Shown piece by piece: positions 19,733-28,280 of a stretch of DNA of 64,000 nt. The position numbers were made by a program, and so were the translations under genes. The stretch covers positions 20,947 through 84,946 of the forward strand of contig JAKIWG010000002.1 in the NCBI GenBank assembly GCA_022750155.1. Direction: 5' to 3'. Every line of letters begins with the position of its first letter. Position 1 is the stretch's first letter. This stretch comes from Thermoplasmata archaeon. Lineage in GTDB: Archaea; Thermoplasmatota; Thermoplasmata; Lutacidiplasmatales; UBA184. The notes below the pieces were generated by a model, which was not told the DNA's origin, made no database searches, and saw only the letters and a list, made by a program, of their open reading frames with translations.

Positions 19733-21034
19733 GTGCCGGATGATTTTGACGTCATCATAGTGGGAGCCGGCATGGCCGGCTGCGCGGCCGCGATCCGCCT
19801 CGCCCAGGGGGGCGCCCGCACGCTGCTCCTCGAGCGAGGGGCGGAAGCCGGTGCGAAGAACCTCTCCGGCGGGATCCTGTGGGGACACGACCTCGACGGG
19901 ATCCTCCCCCGGTGGTGGGAGGAGATGCCGGTCGAGCGCCACATCGTGCGAAAGCGCTTCGGCGTACTGACCCCGGAACGGGCCGCCTCCTTCGTCTTCT
20001 CCGACCCTGCCTGGACGAAACCCCCCTACGTCGCCCACGCCGTGCTCCGGGCACGGACCGACGCGTGGCTGGCGAAGAAGGCCGAGGAGGCCGGCGCCAC
20101 CGTCGTCACTTCCGTCCCCGTCGACCGTCTGAACTGGGAGGGCACGAAGGTCCACGGCGTGGTGCAGGGAGGGGAGACGATGACGGCCCCGGTCACGCTC
20201 CTGTGCGATGGAGCGAACTCCCGCCTCTCCCTCGGGACCCCGATCCGCCCGAACCCGCGTCTTCCGGCCGACGCCACCGAGCTCGGGATCAAGGAGGTCT
20301 ACCGGTTGCCCCGGGAGACCCTCGAGGAGCGATTTCAACTCTCCCCGCACGAGGGTCACGCCGAGGAGTGGATCGCCGGGATCTACCCCCCGGGAGTGAT
20401 GGCGGGCGGCTTCCTGTACACGAACGAGGACACGATCTCCCTCGGCCTCATCCTCAACATCGGCTCGCTGTTCGGCAAGGGGGTCTACTCGCACGACCTC
20501 ATGGAGCAGTTCAAGCTGCACCCGGCGATCTCGGCCCGACTGGACGGGGCGGAGCTCGTCGAGTACGGTGCGAAGCTGATCTCCTCCGGCTGGGCGAGCC
20601 GCCCGTCGGCCTGGCACGGGGAGGGGTGGATGGTCGCGGGGGACGCGGCCGGGTTCGTCTTCTCGAACGGCCTCGTGATCCAGGGCATGAACTATGCGGT
20701 CCGCACGGGTCTCGCCGCGGCCGAGGCGGCCCTCGCCTCGACGGCGTCGAAGGACCCATCCGCGGCGCAGCTCGCCGAGTACGACCGTCGGCTGGAATCG
20801 AGCGGCGTGGTCGCCGACTTCCGGGATTTCGAGGGGCTCGACCGCGTCAAATGGAACCCGAGGTTCTACTCGGCCTACCCCAGGATGGCGACGGCGGTGC
20901 TCGCGGGGTTCCTCGCCGACCCGTCGGAGTCCTCAGGGACGCTCCTCCACCGACTGCGCGACGTGCAAAAGGAGGTCGGAGTCTCGCTCCGCGGGCTCGT
21001 CGGCGACGGGATCGACCTCGTCCGCAACGTATGA
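19733..21034 (+). CDS. fixC: FixC-type ETF:quinone oxidoreductase
   Basis: GAGMAG, ERGAEAGAKNLSGG, GGFLYTN.D.ISLG, FK.HP, EYGAKLI, GDAAG; next to etfAB. Confidence 0.88.
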   Translation: MPDDFDVIIVGAGMAGCAAAIRLAQGGARTLLLERGAEAGAKNLSGGILWGHDLDGILPRWWEEMPVERHIVRKRFGVLTPERAASFVFSDPAWTKPPYVAHAVLRARTDAWLAKKAEEAGATVVTSVPVDRLNWEGTKVHGVVQGGETMTAPVTLLCDGANSRLSLGTPIRPNPRLPADATELGIKEVYRLPRETLEERFQLSPHEGHAEEWIAGIYPPGVMAGGFLYTNEDTISLGLILNIGSLFGKGVYSHDLMEQFKLHPAISARLDGAELVEYGAKLISSGWASRPSAWHGEGWMVAGDAAGFVFSNGLVIQGMNYAVRTGLAAAEAALASTASKDPSAAQLAEYDRRLESSGVVADFRDFEGLDRVKWNPRFYSAYPRMATAVLAGFLADPSESSGTLLHRLRDVQKEVGVSLRGLVGDGIDLVRNV

Positions 21035-21037
21035 GAT

Positions 21038-22027
21038 TCAGCGACCGCGTACCCGACGGACCTCGGCGGTGAGCGCGGGGACGAGCTGGAACAGGTCGCC
21101 GGCGATCCCGTAATCGGCGACCTTGAAGATCGGGGCCTGGGCGTCGGAGTTGATCGCGACGATGACCCGGGAGCTGACCATGCCGACCAGGTGCTGGATG
21201 GCCCCGGAGATACCGATGGCGATGTAGAGCTGGGGGGAGACGGATTTTCCCGTCTGCCCGACCTGGAGCGAGGAGGGGCGCCATCCGGCATCGGTCACCG
21301 CCCGCGACGCCCCGACGGCCGCGCCGAGCGACTCGGCGAGGGCTTCGACGATCGCGAAGTTCTCCGGCGTCTTCACCCCACGTCCCCCGCTGACGACGAT
21401 CGACGCCTCGGCGAGGTCGGGACCCCGGCCCGTCGCCGACGCGGTGAACCCCGTCATCGTGGGGGCCCCGACGGGAACCTGGGGCAGAGTGGGGGCCCTG
21501 CGCTCGACCGGGGCCGCGTCGGCCGACGCGGCCGCCGGGGGGAACGTGTGGGGCCGGAGGGCCAGCACAGCCCGCTCTCCCGGGAGCTCGAGCCCCTGGG
21601 TCGCGCGCCCGCCGAAAATGGGCCGGGTCAGCTGGATCGGGCCGGGGGCCAACGGCTCGACGGCGGTGACGTTCGTCGCGACGCCTGCCTCCCACTCGAC
21701 CGCCAGCCGGCCGGCGAGGTCGCGCCCCTCCGAGGTCCCGGCAAGGAGGACGACCCGGGGGGCGAGCTCGCGAAGCAGTTCGGCGACCGTGCGGGCCCGG
21801 GCCGAGCTCGTCGTCCGGGCGAACGGCTCGCCCTCGACCGCCACGACCCGGTCGAGGCCCGCCCGGGAGAACTCCCCGACCCCCTCCGACGCAGGGGGCC
21901 CGACGTAGACTCCGATCACCGTCGCGCCGGCCCCGCCGATGCTCCGAGCGACGCCGATCGCCTCCCGGACCGGTTCGACGAGCCGCCCGTCGCGAAGCTC
22001 GGCCACGACGACCACTGCGCCGGTCAA
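21038..22027 (-). CDS. etfA: Electron transfer flavoprotein subunit alpha
   Basis: [43 protein letters not shown] 22027 overlaps the etfB stop. Confidence 0.93.
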   Translation of the reverse strand: MTGAVVVVAELRDGRLVEPVREAIGVARSIGGAGATVIGVYVGPPASEGVGEFSRAGLDRVVAVEGEPFARTTSSARARTVAELLRELAPRVVLLAGTSEGRDLAGRLAVEWEAGVATNVTAVEPLAPGPIQLTRPIFGGRATQGLELPGERAVLALRPHTFPPAAASADAAPVERRAPTLPQVPVGAPTMTGFTASATGRGPDLAEASIVVSGGRGVKTPENFAIVEALAESLGAAVGASRAVTDAGWRPSSLQVGQTGKSVSPQLYIAIGISGAIQHLVGMVSSRVIVAINSDAQAPIFKVADYGIAGDLFQLVPALTAEVRRVRGR

Positions 22028-22821
22028 GGGAACACCTTCGCCTCCTCGCGCAGGAGGCGCACCAGCTGTGCGGCAGCGTCCTGCGGCGAGTCGTATCGGA
22101 TCATCTTCGCCCCCGTGCGGGGGGGAGGCAGTCGGAAGGTGCGACGCACCGTCCCGGGGATGGCGTGCGGTCCGAGGGTGGCGACGGTCGCTTCCCACGG
22201 GATCTTTTCGATCGCCGCCTTCCGGGATTTCAGGATGTTCGGGAGCTTGGCGGTACGGGGGTCGTTCCACGCCTGCTGGAGGCCGACGACGAGCGGGAGG
22301 GAGGACTCGACCTCCTCCAGGCCCCCCTCGATCGACCGTTGGAGGGTCAGCTGCCCGCGGGGCTCCTTCCATCGGAGGTTCGTCGCGTACCCGAGGGACG
22401 GCACCTTCAGCAGGGCGCCAAGCGCCCCGGCAAAGATCCCTCCCTCCTCATCCCCGGACTGGCGTCCGCAGAGGACGAGTCCGGAGAACGGCCCCGCGAT
22501 CGCCGTCGCGATGCACCGGGCCGACAGGACCGCGTCCGGGAGGAGGTCCGACGGATGCTCCACCCACGTCGCCGAGTCGCACCCGAGGGCGACGGCGGCC
22601 CTCAGCACCTCCTCGGTGCGGGGGGCCGGTCCGAACGAGAGGACGCGCACGCGGGAGCCGACGGTCGATTCTTTCAGGAGCAGCGCCTGCTCCACCGCGG
22701 ATTCGTCGTAGCCGGCGAGGACGAACTTCACGCCCTCCGGGTCGAGTGAGGCATGGGAAGCATCTGGGCGGAGCCGCGTCTCCGCCTCGGGGACCGGCTT
22801 GACCGCGACGACGATCTCCAC
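22024..22821 (-). CDS. etfB: Electron transfer flavoprotein subunit beta
   Basis: [31 protein letters not shown]. Confidence 0.9.
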   Translation of the reverse strand: MEIVVAVKPVPEAETRLRPDASHASLDPEGVKFVLAGYDESAVEQALLLKESTVGSRVRVLSFGPAPRTEEVLRAAVALGCDSATWVEHPSDLLPDAVLSARCIATAIAGPFSGLVLCGRQSGDEEGGIFAGALGALLKVPSLGYATNLRWKEPRGQLTLQRSIEGGLEEVESSLPLVVGLQQAWNDPRTAKLPNILKSRKAAIEKIPWEATVATLGPHAIPGTVRRTFRLPPPRTGAKMIRYDSPQDAAAQLVRLLREEAKVFP

Positions 22822-22832
22822 GACCGCGGCCC

Positions 22833-23981
22833 CTAGGCGTACCGCCGCAGGAGCTCGCGCGCGATGACGATCCGTTGGATCTCGTTCGACCCCTCGTAGA
22901 TCTGGGCGAGCTTGGCGTCCCTCAGCAGCTTTTCGACCGGATACTCCTTCATGTACCCGTAGCCGCCGAACACCTGGATCGCCTCGTCGGCCACGCGCAT
23001 GGCGGCGTCCGAAGCGAAGCACTTGGCGATCGACGACTCGAGGGTCCCCTTGCGGCCGTGGTCGATCTCCCAGGCGGCATTCCACGTGAGCAATCGGGAG
23101 GCATGGACGTCCTGGGCCATGTTCGCGAGCTTGATCTGGATCGCCTGGTGCTCGCTGATCGGCTTGCCGAAGGTATGGCGCTTGAGGGCGTAGGCCGAGG
23201 CGTGGTCGAGTGCCGCCTGCGCGATCCCCGTGGCGAGCGCACCGATGGGGGTGCGGGTCTGGTCGAGGGTGCGCATCGCGATCGAGAACCCGTCGCCCTC
23301 GGCCCCGAGTCGGTTGGCCACGGGGATGCGGGCCTTCTCGAAGCGGACGGTGCTGGTCGAGGAGGCGCGGTGACCCATCTTCTCCTCCTCGCGTCCGACC
23401 GTGACCCCCTCGGTGTCCCGGGGCAGGTAGAACGCGCAGATCGACTTGTGGCGGAGTTCCGGGTCGGTCGTCGCGAACACGGTGTAGAGCGACGCGTGGG
23501 GACCGTTGGTGATGAAGCACTTCTCCCCGTCGAGGACGTAGTGGTCTCCGTCCCGCGTCGCCCGGGTCTGGAGGGCGCCGGCGTCGCTCCCCCCACCGGG
23601 CTCGGTGAGGCAGAAGGAGGCGAGGTGGTAGCTGGAGCAGAACGGGGTGAGGACCGACTGCTTCTGCTCCGGGGTGCCGCCGAGCAGGATCGGTTCAAGG
23701 GCGAGGCAGTTGGCGATCACCGAGGTCGTCATGCCCGCGCAGGCGTGGGCGAGCTCCTCGACGATCACGCACTGGTCGACGAGCCCGAGCCCGCTCCCGC
23801 CGTACTCCGTCGGGATGTTGAGGTTCATCAGGCCGAGCTCCCAGGCCTTTCGCATCACTTCCTCCGGGAAGCGGCCCAGGCGGTCGCATTCGGCCGCCCG
23901 GGGGGCCATTTCGGTGCGCGCGAACTTGCGGGCGAGCTCCTGCAGACTCCGCTGCTCCTCGCTCAACCCAAAATCCGGCAC
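22833..23981 (-). CDS. Acyl-CoA dehydrogenase
   Basis: FCLTEPGGGSD, GEKCFITNG, QVFGGYGY, IYEGSNEIQR; GTG 23981. Confidence 0.94.
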   Translation of the reverse strand: MPDFGLSEEQRSLQELARKFARTEMAPRAAECDRLGRFPEEVMRKAWELGLMNLNIPTEYGGSGLGLVDQCVIVEELAHACAGMTTSVIANCLALEPILLGGTPEQKQSVLTPFCSSYHLASFCLTEPGGGSDAGALQTRATRDGDHYVLDGEKCFITNGPHASLYTVFATTDPELRHKSICAFYLPRDTEGVTVGREEEKMGHRASSTSTVRFEKARIPVANRLGAEGDGFSIAMRTLDQTRTPIGALATGIAQAALDHASAYALKRHTFGKPISEHQAIQIKLANMAQDVHASRLLTWNAAWEIDHGRKGTLESSIAKCFASDAAMRVADEAIQVFGGYGYMKEYPVEKLLRDAKLAQIYEGSNEIQRIVIARELLRRYA

Positions 23982-24044
23982 CCGTTCCCTCGAGGTCGCG
24001 CGCCAATCGGAATGCGCTATATGATGTTTCAGTGGTCCGTTCGC

Positions 24045-24794
24045 GTGCGCGCGCCCCCGGGTCGGAGAAGGCCCTCCCCCGCAGGCCGGGTCCTCACCGT
24101 GGCCGGAGTCGCGCGCTACGACGCGGCCCGGGGACGACGTACCGGGGTCCCCGAGGTGATCCTGGCCGAGGGCAAGCGAACGGAGGAGCTCGTGCAGATC
24201 CTGCGGGCACTGTTCCGTGCGCATCGGGGGGCCCTGGTCTCCCGACTCTCCCCAGCCCAGGTCCGGGGATTGAAGTCCGCTCGAACCGTCGAACGACTCC
24301 CCATCACATTCCGGGCGCGGGAACGGGTGGCCGTCCTCGCCGGTTCGTTGGGAACACCCCCCGCTCAGGGACTCGTCGCGGTGGTGACCGCGGGCACCTC
24401 CGACCTGGCCGTGGCGGAGGAGGCCGAAGCGGTCCTCGAAGCGCTCGGCATCCGGTTCACCCGAGAGTATGATGTCGGCGTCGCCGGCCTCCATCGGCTG
24501 CTGTCCGCGGTCCGCCGCCTCGAGCGGAGGCGCCCGGACCTCTACCTAGCCTTCGCGGGTCGGGAGGGCGCCCTCCCCACGGTGCTCGCCGGCCTGGTCC
24601 GGGCGCCCGTCGTCGGTGTGCCCACCTCGATCGGGTACGGCCGAGGGGGCCGGGGGGAGGCCGCCCTCTCCGCCATGCTCCAGTCGTGTGCGCCGATCGC
24701 CGTCGTCAACATCGACGGGGGGGTGCCGGCGGCCCTGTTCGCCGCCCAGCTCCTGGGCGCGCGTTCCCGTCGTCTCAATCCACGAATCCCATAG
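24045..24794 (+). CDS. larB: LarB-like AIR-carboxylase family protein
   Basis: RTGVPEVILAEGK, TAGTSD..VAEEA, DVGVAGLHRL, GREGALP, VPTSIGYG, ML.SCA...VVNID. Start approximate. Confidence 0.85.
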   Translation: MRAPPGRRRPSPAGRVLTVAGVARYDAARGRRTGVPEVILAEGKRTEELVQILRALFRAHRGALVSRLSPAQVRGLKSARTVERLPITFRARERVAVLAGSLGTPPAQGLVAVVTAGTSDLAVAEEAEAVLEALGIRFTREYDVGVAGLHRLLSAVRRLERRRPDLYLAFAGREGALPTVLAGLVRAPVVGVPTSIGYGRGGRGEAALSAMLQSCAPIAVVNIDGGVPAALFAAQLLGARSRRLNPRIP

Positions 24795-24828
24795 CCTTTT
24801 GTTAGGCCGCGAACCTACGCGCGACGCC

Positions 24829-25734
24829 ATGGGCCGGACGCAGCTCTCGGAGGAGGCCGAGCGCGAGGAGGAGGAGGGCCGCGAGCGCTTCCACGCCGCC
24901 GAGACCAAACTTCGCGAACTCGGTTCCCGCCGTCAGTTGCTCCTCGACCAGGTCCACCAGCTCTCCGACCTCCAGAAGTCGCTCTACGACCGGCGTCAGC
25001 CCAAGCAGCAGCAACTCGATGACCTGCACAATGCCCACCGGGAGGTCGGCCACCAGCTCTCGGAGGCCCGGCGCCGGCGCGACGCGCTGCGGGCGGGCAT
25101 CGAGCAGGCCCTGATCGACGTCCGGATGGTCCGCCAGGAGCTCCCCAAGGGGGACCACGCCCGACCCGAGCAGCTCCGCCGGGAGATGGCCCAGCTCGAG
25201 CTCCGTCAGCAGACGCACGCCGTGCCGCTCGCCGAGGAGAACGCGCTCATCGGTCACCTCCGGGCGCTGCGAAAGCAGCTTCTCGTGGCCGAGAAGGAAC
25301 AGGGGGTCGTCGAAGCCCACGAGGCCCGCCGGAAGGCCGCCGACGAGACCCTCAAACAACGCCGTCTGGAGCTCGACCACCTGTCGGCCGAGGTTCAGAG
25401 GTTGCACGTGGAGCGCGACCGGAAGATGGAGGCGATGCGGAGCGTCCTGTTGGAGGTGGGCCAGCTCGTGGCCGAGATCCGGGAGAAGGGCCGACAGCGC
25501 GCCGAGGTCATGACCCGTCTCGACACCGCCAACCGACAGTTCATGGAGGTCGACCGGGAGTGCGGCGAGCTCATCGAGGCCTCCCGACGGCGCCGCCAGG
25601 AGGCTCGCCAGACGATGGGAGAGTACAATCGCGCGGTCCGCTCCAGCGTCTCCGGCCAGTCGGTGGTCGACCGGACGGCCGAGGCCCAGCTCGCCGAGCT
25701 CCTCAAACGCGGCCGGGTCACCCTGAGCGGGTAG
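24829..25734 (+). CDS. Archaeal long coiled-coil protein (COG1340-like)
   Basis: Continuous heptads, ELRQQT..L.LAEEN.LI, C-terminal LKRGRVTL. Confidence 0.7.
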   Translation: MGRTQLSEEAEREEEEGRERFHAAETKLRELGSRRQLLLDQVHQLSDLQKSLYDRRQPKQQQLDDLHNAHREVGHQLSEARRRRDALRAGIEQALIDVRMVRQELPKGDHARPEQLRREMAQLELRQQTHAVPLAEENALIGHLRALRKQLLVAEKEQGVVEAHEARRKAADETLKQRRLELDHLSAEVQRLHVERDRKMEAMRSVLLEVGQLVAEIREKGRQRAEVMTRLDTANRQFMEVDRECGELIEASRRRRQEARQTMGEYNRAVRSSVSGQSVVDRTAEAQLAELLKRGRVTLSG

Positions 25735-25749
25735 ACCGGTCTTCCGGGC

Positions 25750-26712
25750 CTACGCGGCCGGGACGCCGGGGAAGACGTTGACGACGGTGACCATGAAGAT
25801 CAAGGTCTTGCCGACGACCTCCTGGTTGTAGTCCTCGGTGTAGGTGCCGTGGACCGGGTCGACGGCGGTCACGATGAACTTCCCGCCGCTCGCCGACGAA
25901 CATGGGCCTTTCCCGGAGAAGTCGCTTCCGACCACCAGTCCCGCCTGGCTTGGGGTCAGTTGGTTGACGAGGGTGATCTGCCCAGTCCCGTTGGCCGTGG
26001 AGGCGACGGCCGTGACCTCCACATTCCAGCCGGCGGGGTGGGCGGTGTCGCCGACCTGGGCCAGGTTCTCGACCGTGACGTAGGAGGAGTTGGCGCTCAG
26101 CACGAGGACCTCCCAGCCGTAGTGGGAGTCCCGGAACTCGGAACCGGAGGCGGCCAGCGCGCCGGGGTACTTCGCATTGAACGCCACGCCCGGCATCGTC
26201 TGGACGACGGGCAGGTATTGGGTCAATGGCTGGACCGACACGCACGCCGGGTTCGTGTACCCGTAGCCGAGCGCCGGGGGCACGATGACCGTCTCGGTCT
26301 GGTTCGGGAGGACCCCGACCAGGCCCTGCCAGAAGCCGGTGACGACCTGAATGAAGGAAAGATTGCCGAGCGAGTAGCCGGATTGGGGGGTGTTCCCGCC
26401 GACGTGGACGGCGAGGGGGGTGTAGTTCGAGGCCTGGAGGCCGCGGGCGTGGTACTCGATCGACTTCGGCCACGCCGCCGAGTTCGACCCCACGGCGTAG
26501 ACGGAGGTATCGAAGACCTTCCCGGCTTCGGGGCCGGAACCGTAGATCCCGATGTAGTTGACCGTCACGTTGTCCCCGACCTGGACCAGCCTCGGAGCGG
26601 CCGGATTGGACGGTCGGGAATGGTAGTACAGGTAGGCGGAGCCCGCACCCGCCCCGATGAGGACGATGGCGATGATGACGACGAGCGGCGTCCAGGAGAA
26701 CTTCGGGGGCAT
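25750..26712 (-). CDS. Membrane-anchored FKBP-type peptidyl-prolyl isomerase
   Basis: N-terminal TM; VGDNVTVNYIG, GKVFDTS, VVTGFWQGL, VPPALGYG, DYNQEVVGKTLIF.V.V. Confidence 0.82.
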   Translation of the reverse strand: MPPKFSWTPLVVIIAIVLIGAGAGSAYLYYHSRPSNPAAPRLVQVGDNVTVNYIGIYGSGPEAGKVFDTSVYAVGSNSAAWPKSIEYHARGLQASNYTPLAVHVGGNTPQSGYSLGNLSFIQVVTGFWQGLVGVLPNQTETVIVPPALGYGYTNPACVSVQPLTQYLPVVQTMPGVAFNAKYPGALAASGSEFRDSHYGWEVLVLSANSSYVTVENLAQVGDTAHPAGWNVEVTAVASTANGTGQITLVNQLTPSQAGLVVGSDFSGKGPCSSASGGKFIVTAVDPVHGTYTEDYNQEVVGKTLIFMVTVVNVFPGVPAA

Positions 26713-26735
26713 CGCGCAGATTCCTATGGGGGAGT

Positions 26736-26797
26736 GGGGGTCAGCATGTCGCAGGTCTCGTCACGGAATCGGAGAGACAGGTGTTCCTCATTCCCCC
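26736..26797 (-). ncRNA. Box C/D methylation guide sRNA
   Basis: GGGGGA-ATGAGGA(C)-ACACCTGTCTCT-CCGA(D')-TTCC-GTGACGA(C')-GACCTGCGACATG-CTGA(D)-CCCCC; 12/13-nt guides, terminal stem, TATA box about 20 nt upstream. Confidence 0.85.
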
Positions 26798-26816
26798 AGC
26801 CCCCGAACCGGGGGGT

Positions 26817-26824
26817 CATATAAA
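26817..26824 (-). promoter_or_regulatory. TATA box for the C/D sRNA-FKBP unit
   Basis: TTTATATG in an otherwise GC-rich context, at appropriate spacing from the sRNA 5' end. Confidence 0.65.
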
Positions 26825-26972
26825 TGGAGCGGGCCGCTGAGTCGACCCGCCGCGGGGAGGGTCGCGAAGGTGAACCGAACCTGCCGAGAGGATCCGCCGC
26901 AGAGTAGGGTGGGCGGGATTCCCAGCGCACCGTGGCACGCAGCGCGGTTCTCGCCCGTCGGAGCGGGTCGGT

Positions 26973-27299
26973 TCAGCAACGGGTCTTGGCCCATTCCAGG
27001 AGGGCCGAGGACCACGGGCGGGGTCGGGCGGCTCCGGCCGCCGGCGGATGCGCGGTCGCCCAGCACGGGAGCGTCATCCCCGCCGGTGAGACGAATGCGA
27101 GCAATCCTAGGAGAGGGGCCCCGATGGCGGCCGGCCCGGCCCACTCTCCCGGTCGGAGGAGACCGAGGAGATGACCGCCCCAGAGCGCCCCGCCGACCAC
27201 CACCGTGCCGACCAAAGCCCCGGAGACGGGCTTCGCCCAGCCGCCCCGGGGGTTGGGAACGTCAGGCGCGGTCGCGGAATCGGTGGGGGGCGCAGGCAT
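26973..27299 (-). CDS. Small membrane protein
   Basis: 108 aa, two hydrophobic segments, AT-rich promoter-like stretch just upstream. Confidence 0.5.
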   Translation of the reverse strand: MPAPPTDSATAPDVPNPRGGWAKPVSGALVGTVVVGGALWGGHLLGLLRPGEWAGPAAIGAPLLGLLAFVSPAGMTLPCWATAHPPAAGAARPRPWSSALLEWAKTRC

Positions 27300-27302
27300 T
27301 GG

Positions 27303-27320
27303 TGCGCATAAATGCGCATA
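27303..27320. promoter_or_regulatory. Tandem palindromic operator-like site (TGCGCATA x2)
   Basis: Two copies with 10-bp period between TTCAAATA (27333-27326, minus strand) and ATG 27299. Confidence 0.4.
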
Positions 27321-27347
27321 GGATGTATTTGAACCCCGGGGATTCGT

Positions 27348-28280
27348 TCAGGCCCGCCGGAGCCGACCCACGATGGGCTCCTCGAGCGTACCGGCTTCTT
27401 CGAGGCGGTTGAGGAGCCGCTCCGTGTGCTCCTCGGACCAACCGGCCCGAGCGCACCGCTCCTGCAGATCCCGAAGGTCCGCGTAGCCGTCGATCGAGGA
27501 GTCGCTCAGCTCGTCGACCAGGTCGAGGAACTCGGATTCCTGGGCGCGTTCGGAGGCGGTGGGCGCGGGTGAGCCAGGTTCCGGAATCGGCGCGACCGTT
27601 CTCGTTACGTGCCCCGGTGCGAGCGCCTCGGGACTCCGAGAACTTCCCGCCCGCGGCGCAGGGGTTCCCACCGGGTCGAGAGCGTCCACGACCGGACGTA
27701 GAAGATGTCGGTAGCTCGCGAATTCCGCCTCGGGATACCGCGCGCGGGAGGCCCGAGCCGCCTCGACCCATATCGCCGGGGGCGCCCCTTCCGGACCGGC
27801 GACCCTGGGGTGCGACCCAGTGGGGCCCGACTCGACGAGTCGGAGGCGGGCGAGGGACTGCGTGAGTATCTCGGAGTACACGTCCCGAAGCTCTGGGGGC
27901 TCGAGCCCGCGGATCGCCTCGACCCGGACTGAGGGACGCTCACTCCCATCCCGGGCCCGGTAGAGGTGGGCCTTTCCGACCACGAGGGATGCGACCGGCT
28001 CCTGCACGGCCCCCAACTGTTCCAGCCCCCTCGGTTGAAAGCTTCCTGCGGTCAGCGCCACCTCTCCCGTGGGGTCGGCGAGCCGTGACCTCAGGAACCC
28101 GGTCGCCCCGGGGGCCCCCTGGGGGGGTTCGATGGTTCCCGCGATCAGGACCCGGCTCATCCGAGCACCGTACGGGGAGACCAGGTGCGTCGCGGCCCGA
28201 TCGCCGGCCCCTTTTTCCTCGGAGCGGGCCGCCCGGAGCTCCGCGGTGAACACCCTCCATGCCACCTCGCGCGCGGTCAG
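27348..28280 (-). CDS. RPA-associated OB-fold protein (RPA2/Rpap-like) with C-terminal winged helix
   Basis: REVAWRVFTAEL, SPYGARMSRVLIAG, RLADPTG, FQP, C-terminal L...G.LEEP..G. Probable CTG start overlapping the rpa stop. Confidence 0.82.
   Translation of the reverse strand: MTAREVAWRVFTAELRAARSEEKGAGDRAATHLVSPYGARMSRVLIAGTIEPPQGAPGATGFLRSRLADPTGEVALTAGSFQPRGLEQLGAVQEPVASLVVGKAHLYRARDGSERPSVRVEAIRGLEPPELRDVYSEILTQSLARLRLVESGPTGSHPRVAGPEGAPPAIWVEAARASRARYPEAEFASYRHLLRPVVDALDPVGTPAPRAGSSRSPEALAPGHVTRTVAPIPEPGSPAPTASERAQESEFLDLVDELSDSSIDGYADLRDLQERCARAGWSEEHTERLLNRLEEAGTLEEPIVGRLRRA

Noticed and set aside
27327..27340. ATTTGAACCC match to the tRNA-Arg T arm as an att site
   Set aside because: Only 10 nt, about 22 kb away, separated by core genes; better explained as a promoter.
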